A DNA stretch of 22,278 nt from Candidatus Thorarchaeota archaeon SMTZ1-45 (lineage in GTDB: Archaea; Asgardarchaeota; Thorarchaeia; Thorarchaeales; Thorarchaeaceae). Shown here piece after piece: positions 17,520-22,278 of this stretch. Numbering within the stretch: position 1 is the first letter of the stretch; every line of letters starts with the position of its first letter. The stretch spans positions 1-22,278 of the forward strand of contig LRSL01000043.1 in assembly GCA_001563335.1 (NCBI GenBank), given 5' to 3'. The translations under genes were made by a program, and so were the position numbers. Under the pieces are notes generated by a model that saw nothing but the letters and a program-made list of their open reading frames with translations, was not told where the DNA came from and made no database searches.

Positions 17520-18911
17520 ATGTCCGAGTTAGATCTTATTATCAAAAGCGGTAGTATAGTGACTGCAGTTGACACCTACAATGCTGATGTTGGAGTAAAA
17601 GATGGAAAAATAACAACCCTGGGTTCTAACTTAAGTCCGGGCCCCAATACCGATATTGTGGATGCAACTGAGAAGTACATCTTTCCTGGAGGCATCGACG
17701 TTCATGTTCATTTTCAACTCCCATTCTCAGGCACTGTTTCAGCTGACGATTTTGAGAATGGAACCAAGGCCGCAGCATGTGGCGGCGTGACTACAATCCT
17801 TGACTTCGCTATTCAGAAGAAAGGACATGCGATTATGGAGGCAGTGGAAGCACGTAGAGCTGAGGCTGATTCTAAGGTCTGTATTGATTATGGTCTTCAT
17901 GCAGCCATCACCGATTGGAACCCTCAGACACAAGCTGAAATCAAAAAGATCATTGACTACGGTATTCCCACATTCAAGATGTTTATGATTTACAAGAATG
18001 AGGGCTGGATGGCTGATGATGGTATGCTATTCAATGCTTTGGAGGAAACTGCGAAGCTTGGAGGTCATATTGGAGTACATGCAGAAAGTGTCGATGTTTT
18101 GGATATGTTGATTGAGAGGTATGCACAGGAGAAGGAGAAGTGGGGTGCCTATGGTCATACTCTCTCCAGACCATGCTATACTGAAGAAGAGGCAATCATA
18201 AGAGCAATCAAATGGGCAGAAGTCACAGGTGGTCAGCTCTACATTGTACATATGTCAACCGGTGAGGGGGCAGATGCTGTTCATAATGCAAGGAAGAGAG
18301 GTGTGAAGGTCTATGCTGAAACATGTCCTCAGTACTTGCTTCTTGATGATGAAGTGTTCAAAGGTGAAAATGGGCACCTCTATGCCACTTGTCCTCAGAT
18401 CAAAAAACCACATGATAGTAAGCGCCTTTGGAAAGGATTGGCAAATGGAGATGTTCAGGTCGTCGCGACCGATACTTGTACATTTGACACAAAACAGAAA
18501 GCTGCTTGGAACGGTGATTTCAGGAAAATCCCATTTGGTATGCCTGGCGTCGAAACAATGGTGCCTTTGATGTATACAGAAGGTGTTGGAAAACGTGGGT
18601 TCACCGTGAACCATCTGGTATCTCTCGTCAGCACAAACCCAGCGAAGCTGTTTGGCATGTACCCTGAGAAAGGAACAATCGCCATTGGAAGTGATGCTGA
18701 TCTTGTTGTCTTTGACCCCAAGGAGGAAGTGACAATCAAGGCGGAGAATCTTCAGACGAATTGCGACTGGAATCCATTTGAGGGCTGGAAGCTGATAGGC
18801 TATCCCACCACGACAATTTCAAGAGGAAAGGTCGTTGCTGAAAATGGAAAATTTGTAGGTGAAGTCGGTCATGGACGTTTCCTTAAACGAAAGCCCCATG
18901 GAAAACTGTAG
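17520..18911 (+). CDS. hydA: Dihydropyrimidinase (D-hydantoinase)
   Basis: PGGIDVHVH, AAACGGVTT, FKMFM (carbamylated Lys), VHAE, YIVHMS, AETCPQYL, VATDTC, GMPGVE, GSDADLVV. ATG 17520 follows GAGGA. Confidence 0.95.
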   Translation: MSELDLIIKSGSIVTAVDTYNADVGVKDGKITTLGSNLSPGPNTDIVDATEKYIFPGGIDVHVHFQLPFSGTVSADDFENGTKAAACGGVTTILDFAIQKKGHAIMEAVEARRAEADSKVCIDYGLHAAITDWNPQTQAEIKKIIDYGIPTFKMFMIYKNEGWMADDGMLFNALEETAKLGGHIGVHAESVDVLDMLIERYAQEKEKWGAYGHTLSRPCYTEEEAIIRAIKWAEVTGGQLYIVHMSTGEGADAVHNARKRGVKVYAETCPQYLLLDDEVFKGENGHLYATCPQIKKPHDSKRLWKGLANGDVQVVATDTCTFDTKQKAAWNGDFRKIPFGMPGVETMVPLMYTEGVGKRGFTVNHLVSLVSTNPAKLFGMYPEKGTIAIGSDADLVVFDPKEEVTIKAENLQTNCDWNPFEGWKLIGYPTTTISRGKVVAENGKFVGEVGHGRFLKRKPHGKL

Positions 18912-18958
18912 ACCGCCACCTCGTCAACCTCATAAGTCATCACCCCTACTCAAATTCT

Positions 18959-19801
18959 ATGCGATTTCCTAACAACCGGGCATATCATGTGATATATGAT
19001 GACTCGTTGATGGATGCAGTCCAGTATGCATCAAAGAATGATTGGACAAGTGTAGTCCCAGACATTGGTGTTCCTGCTTTCTCCCCTGAGAAAATATCAT
19101 CTGAGGACCGCGCACACCTAAGAGACATGTCCCGTGATCTATCTATCGGGTGGGGTTTCCATGCAGCTGGTGATAACATCAGTCTATTCTCGACCTATCC
19201 TCCCATAAGGACTGGAATTATTCAGTACTTCAAACAAACTATCAATCTAGCTCGAGAGATTAGTACCGGACCGACCAATGTGGTCATTCATGCAGGCGAT
19301 CCTCCAAAATTCAAGAGAGCTCGAAATGAACCCGGAAATTTCAATGAAACGCATCGTGACTTTTATGCTCAGACACTACGTGAAAACATAACAGCACTCA
19401 TTGAGCATGCTTCTCCTCACGTTAAGATAGTAATCGAAAACACTGGGTGGACACCCCTAGTCAGGGATGCCATAAGATCGCTCCTTCCCAAAGGACTGAA
19501 GATTTGTCTGGATATTCCAAAACTCTATAGTCCAGGATTCAAAATAATGGAGGAAGACTGGAGTTTCATTAAAGAACACAAGGGATTCATTGAGGTAGTC
19601 CATATTCACGATGTAGATCCAACCCTTGGTTCACACCAGGTGGTTGGAGAGGGAATTCTCGATTTCGAACGATACCTCCGATTTCTGAGTGATCTTTCTA
19701 ACAAACCTCAGTATGTCTTCGAAGTCCGCCCCCGCGAAGCTGCTCACGAAAGCCTCTTGAAACTAGGCCGACTTCTAGATATTTTAAAATTGAATCTGTA
19801 G
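18959..19801 (+). CDS. Sugar phosphate isomerase/epimerase / AP-endonuclease-2 TIM-barrel protein
   Basis: Metal-ligand motifs GFHA, VVIHAG, IVIEN, ICLDIPK, VHIHD, H...GEGILDF, VFEV. Confidence 0.85.
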   Translation: MRFPNNRAYHVIYDDSLMDAVQYASKNDWTSVVPDIGVPAFSPEKISSEDRAHLRDMSRDLSIGWGFHAAGDNISLFSTYPPIRTGIIQYFKQTINLAREISTGPTNVVIHAGDPPKFKRARNEPGNFNETHRDFYAQTLRENITALIEHASPHVKIVIENTGWTPLVRDAIRSLLPKGLKICLDIPKLYSPGFKIMEEDWSFIKEHKGFIEVVHIHDVDPTLGSHQVVGEGILDFERYLRFLSDLSNKPQYVFEVRPREAAHESLLKLGRLLDILKLNL

Positions 19802-19905
19802 ATGTTTCTATAATTGCATAGAAAACAGGATGTAGAAGACGAAGGCAAAAATGAATAGCACCACGCCAATTATCAATGCAAACACAGTTCTCATTTCCAT
19901 GACTA

Positions 19906-20679
19906 TTACCTCTCTTGTTGCTGAAGAATCAAGGCATCTCTAATCTCACGAAATGCCTCCAGTGTGCTCTCATTGAATATTCTCTTTCTTTTTCTTGGTT
20001 CTCCAATTGTTTCAATTGGAAGTGGAGCTCGACCAAATCCTCGAAGCTCGCGAAGTATGAAGTCTCTTAGTTCCTCATGGAACTTTACACCCTCTATATT
20101 CTCTTGTGCTGTACCACCTTTCATGAGTCTTTGAAGGATTATCGCAATGAGTCCACCACCTTGCATAATCGAAGACTTTGCTGCAGTTTCAACTTGTATC
20201 GTTCCAATCTTAAAGAGTCTGTCAAAGACGCCTCTTCTCGTTCGCAAGTTGGTCACAGTCCGAAATGGTACATGCCTTTGTGTGATTGTGATAATCCCTT
20301 TTCTTACGAAAATCTCTGGACTAACCTCCCTCTCCCAACTGGCTAATGAATAGTAAATTCGTTTGACATAGATGTACGTGTAGATTATCCAAAGCAGAAA
20401 TATTGCAGCTGCTACAGTCCAATAGTACAGCGTGACAGTGCTCCATCCAAGTATAATGAAGACTTCAGTAATTTCAACTAATGTTAGGACAAAGTCTGTC
20501 ACAATCGGGTGGCTGAAAAAAAGTAAGCTTATGGTGACCCAGATGAAGAACAGGATGATAAACACCCTCAGCCATTTCTTGTAGAGAAAGGCATTGTCTG
20601 GATGGAACATTCTCCCGCTAATTACCTGTTCCATAGGTGGTTTAATGACCCGTCCCTCTTCTTGAGCCATTTGTTGCAT
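19906..20679 (-). CDS. Membrane protein with bacterial PH (bPH_2/YdbS-like) domain, paralogue 3
   Basis: TM helices then VRKGIITITQRHVPFRTVTNL...RGVFDRLFKIGTIQVETA. Confidence 0.88.
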   Translation of the reverse strand: MQQMAQEEGRVIKPPMEQVISGRMFHPDNAFLYKKWLRVFIILFFIWVTISLLFFSHPIVTDFVLTLVEITEVFIILGWSTVTLYYWTVAAAIFLLWIIYTYIYVKRIYYSLASWEREVSPEIFVRKGIITITQRHVPFRTVTNLRTRRGVFDRLFKIGTIQVETAAKSSIMQGGGLIAIILQRLMKGGTAQENIEGVKFHEELRDFILRELRGFGRAPLPIETIGEPRKRKRIFNESTLEAFREIRDALILQQQER

Positions 20680-20682
20680 TCC

Positions 20683-21411
20683 TCATTCTCTGTCTTTTTT
20701 CAGTAAATCGCGAATCTCTCGAAGGACTATCAATATCTCACTCTCAATGCTACCAGGCTCTACTACAAAGGTTTCATCATCTTCAGGATGAACTACCTCT
20801 GTACCAGTTACATATGGATCTTTGAACTTCCTGAGTTCCAAGAGGATAAAATCTCTCAGTTCATTATAGAATGTCAAGCCTTCTAATTTTTCCTCTGCTG
20901 ATTCAAAAGAGCCAGCAGATCCGCTTGCAGTTTCAACCTCGATTGAGCCAATACCAAAAAGACGGTCGAAAGGTCCTGCAACACTCTGGATGTTTGTTAT
21001 TGTTCTAAACGGTACGTGTTTTCTTGTTATGTTGATAATTCCTTTTTTCACATAGATTTCTGGCATCGTTTTGCCACTTTTCGCAAGCACAGAATATTCG
21101 AAGGAACGGATGTAGATGGGATAAATAATCAGGTAAGGTATCAAAATACAACCCGTGATGATCCAATACCAAAAATTGAACGGGAACCATATGAGGTCAA
21201 AGGTTGATGCTATACCCGCTGGGTTTCCTGTTATTATACCCACAAGCCACAGGACTAGGAACAACGAACCGATAATTGTCACCCACAACATGATCGCGCT
21301 GAAGATGCCTATGAACCAGTTCTTGTTTCGGAAGTACTTTGATGGCTTGAAGACCTTTCCTCGAGCAATCTCTTCCATTGGTGGTTTGATAACTTTGCCT
21401 CTACCTGACAT
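20683..21411 (-). CDS. bPH_2 domain membrane protein, paralogue 2
   Basis: VKKGIINITRKHVPFRTITNI...GPFDRLFGIGSIEVETA; start refined to ATG 21411 by alignment with paralogues. Confidence 0.88.
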   Translation of the reverse strand: MSGRGKVIKPPMEEIARGKVFKPSKYFRNKNWFIGIFSAIMLWVTIIGSLFLVLWLVGIITGNPAGIASTFDLIWFPFNFWYWIITGCILIPYLIIYPIYIRSFEYSVLAKSGKTMPEIYVKKGIINITRKHVPFRTITNIQSVAGPFDRLFGIGSIEVETASGSAGSFESAEEKLEGLTFYNELRDFILLELRKFKDPYVTGTEVVHPEDDETFVVEPGSIESEILIVLREIRDLLKKDRE

Positions 21412-21418
21412 GTTTCTC

Positions 21419-22183
21419 TCATCTCTCTTTCTCAAGTCTGCTATCAATCTTTTCTAATACATTTCTAATCTCACGAAGCGTTATGAGTATCTCGTCATCA
21501 AGACTATCACTCAAACGAGGAACTGGTTCATCCCTAGGATGAACGAACTCTGTTCCAGTGACATAAGGATCTCTGAATCGTCTCAACTCATGAAGAATGA
21601 AATCACGCACCTCTTCATAGAAAGTTATACCCTCTAGTTTTTCCTCAGGGCTTCTACCCCCTTGAGCACCACCAGAATATCCAGCTGTTTCAATTTCAAC
21701 CGTGCCTATTCCAAATAATCGGTCTATTGGACCTGTCCTACTTGCTATGTTAGTGATTGTTCTAAATGGTACATGTTTCTTCGTCACATTGATCAATCCT
21801 TTCTTGACATAGATCTCTGGCATTGTTGTTCCGGATTTCGAGATGACACTGTACTCAAAGTTGCGAACGTAGAGAGGGATGCCAATCAATATTGGGAGGA
21901 ACCAGAATATTGATGAAGCCGCATACCAGAAGTTGACCGTTGGTAGCCAGTCATAGAAGATTATCCAAAAAATTGGTATCCAGTTTGGAGTGCCAGAGTC
22001 TGTTGCTTCAATCAAAGATCCTAATGCAAGACAACCTAACAGACAAAGCCAGAGAAATAACCAGATGATGGCTGCTATAAAAAACTCTTTGTAATAGAAT
22101 CTGCGGTCTGGTTTGAAAACCCTACCAGCTGTCACATCTTCCATTGGAGGTTTTATTACTACACCACGACTACTCCGTTCCAC
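21419..22183 (-). CDS. bPH_2 domain membrane protein, paralogue 1
   Basis: VKKGLINVTKKHVPFRTITNI...GPIDRLFGIGTVEIETAG; GTG start abuts the upstream stop. Confidence 0.88.
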   Translation of the reverse strand: MERSSRGVVIKPPMEDVTAGRVFKPDRRFYYKEFFIAAIIWLFLWLCLLGCLALGSLIEATDSGTPNWIPIFWIIFYDWLPTVNFWYAASSIFWFLPILIGIPLYVRNFEYSVISKSGTTMPEIYVKKGLINVTKKHVPFRTITNIASRTGPIDRLFGIGTVEIETAGYSGGAQGGRSPEEKLEGITFYEEVRDFILHELRRFRDPYVTGTEFVHPRDEPVPRLSDSLDDEILITLREIRNVLEKIDSRLEKER

Positions 22184-22276
22184 TCACATCAGCTCCTTCT
22201 TCGTTCTGCATTCTTCCCTGATTACAAATCCACCTAGAAAGAACACTACCCCTACTCCCTCAAGGACACCTCCGAG
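22184..22276 (-). CDS. C-terminal fragment of an upstream membrane protein (truncated by window end)
   Basis: Reads LGGVLEGVGVVFFLGGFVIREECRTKKELM*; its TGA is directly followed by the GTG start of the next gene. Confidence 0.6.
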   Translation of the reverse strand, partial: LGGVLEGVGVVFFLGGFVIREECRTKKELM

Positions 22277-22278
22277 GA

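Noticed and set aside
5117-21457. Many short ORFs nested in or antisense to long genes (e.g. 5117-5377, 7234-7626, 12217-12537, 14699-15004, 18255-18614, 21155-21457)
   Set aside because: They overlap well-supported genes and show no recognisable motifs.

Overview
Archaeal DNA, probably Asgard/Thorarchaeia-like (inferred from the rRNA signatures, an expanded helix 98/ES39 and the protein families). It starts inside the 3' part of a 23S rRNA gene. That gene is interrupted at the peptidyl-transferase centre (between the A2450 and A2451 equivalents) by a 793-nt bulge-helix-bulge-type intron encoding a LAGLIDADG homing endonuclease. It also appears to lack about 100 nt covering helix 95 (sarcin-ricin loop) and helix 96. 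No 5S rRNA follows. Instead there is a run of co-oriented accessory genes, each separated by a degenerate 35-70 bp direct repeat (core CCATCCTTTG, five clear copies at 1.6-4.5 kb), which resembles a cassette array with no recombinase in view. The middle of the window holds mixed accessory genes (UbiA, GNAT, Lrp/AsnC, CPBP protease, flavin reductase, SnoaL, VOC, UbiE/MenG, Gfo/Idh/MocA, NIPSNAP, small membrane proteins). Next comes a reductive pyrimidine catabolism cluster (preA, class-III aminotransferase, nitrilase-type beta-ureidopropionase, dihydropyrimidinase; no preT). The window ends with a TIM-barrel protein and three tandem bPH_2 membrane paralogues. All calls come from reading the sequence; no searches were run.
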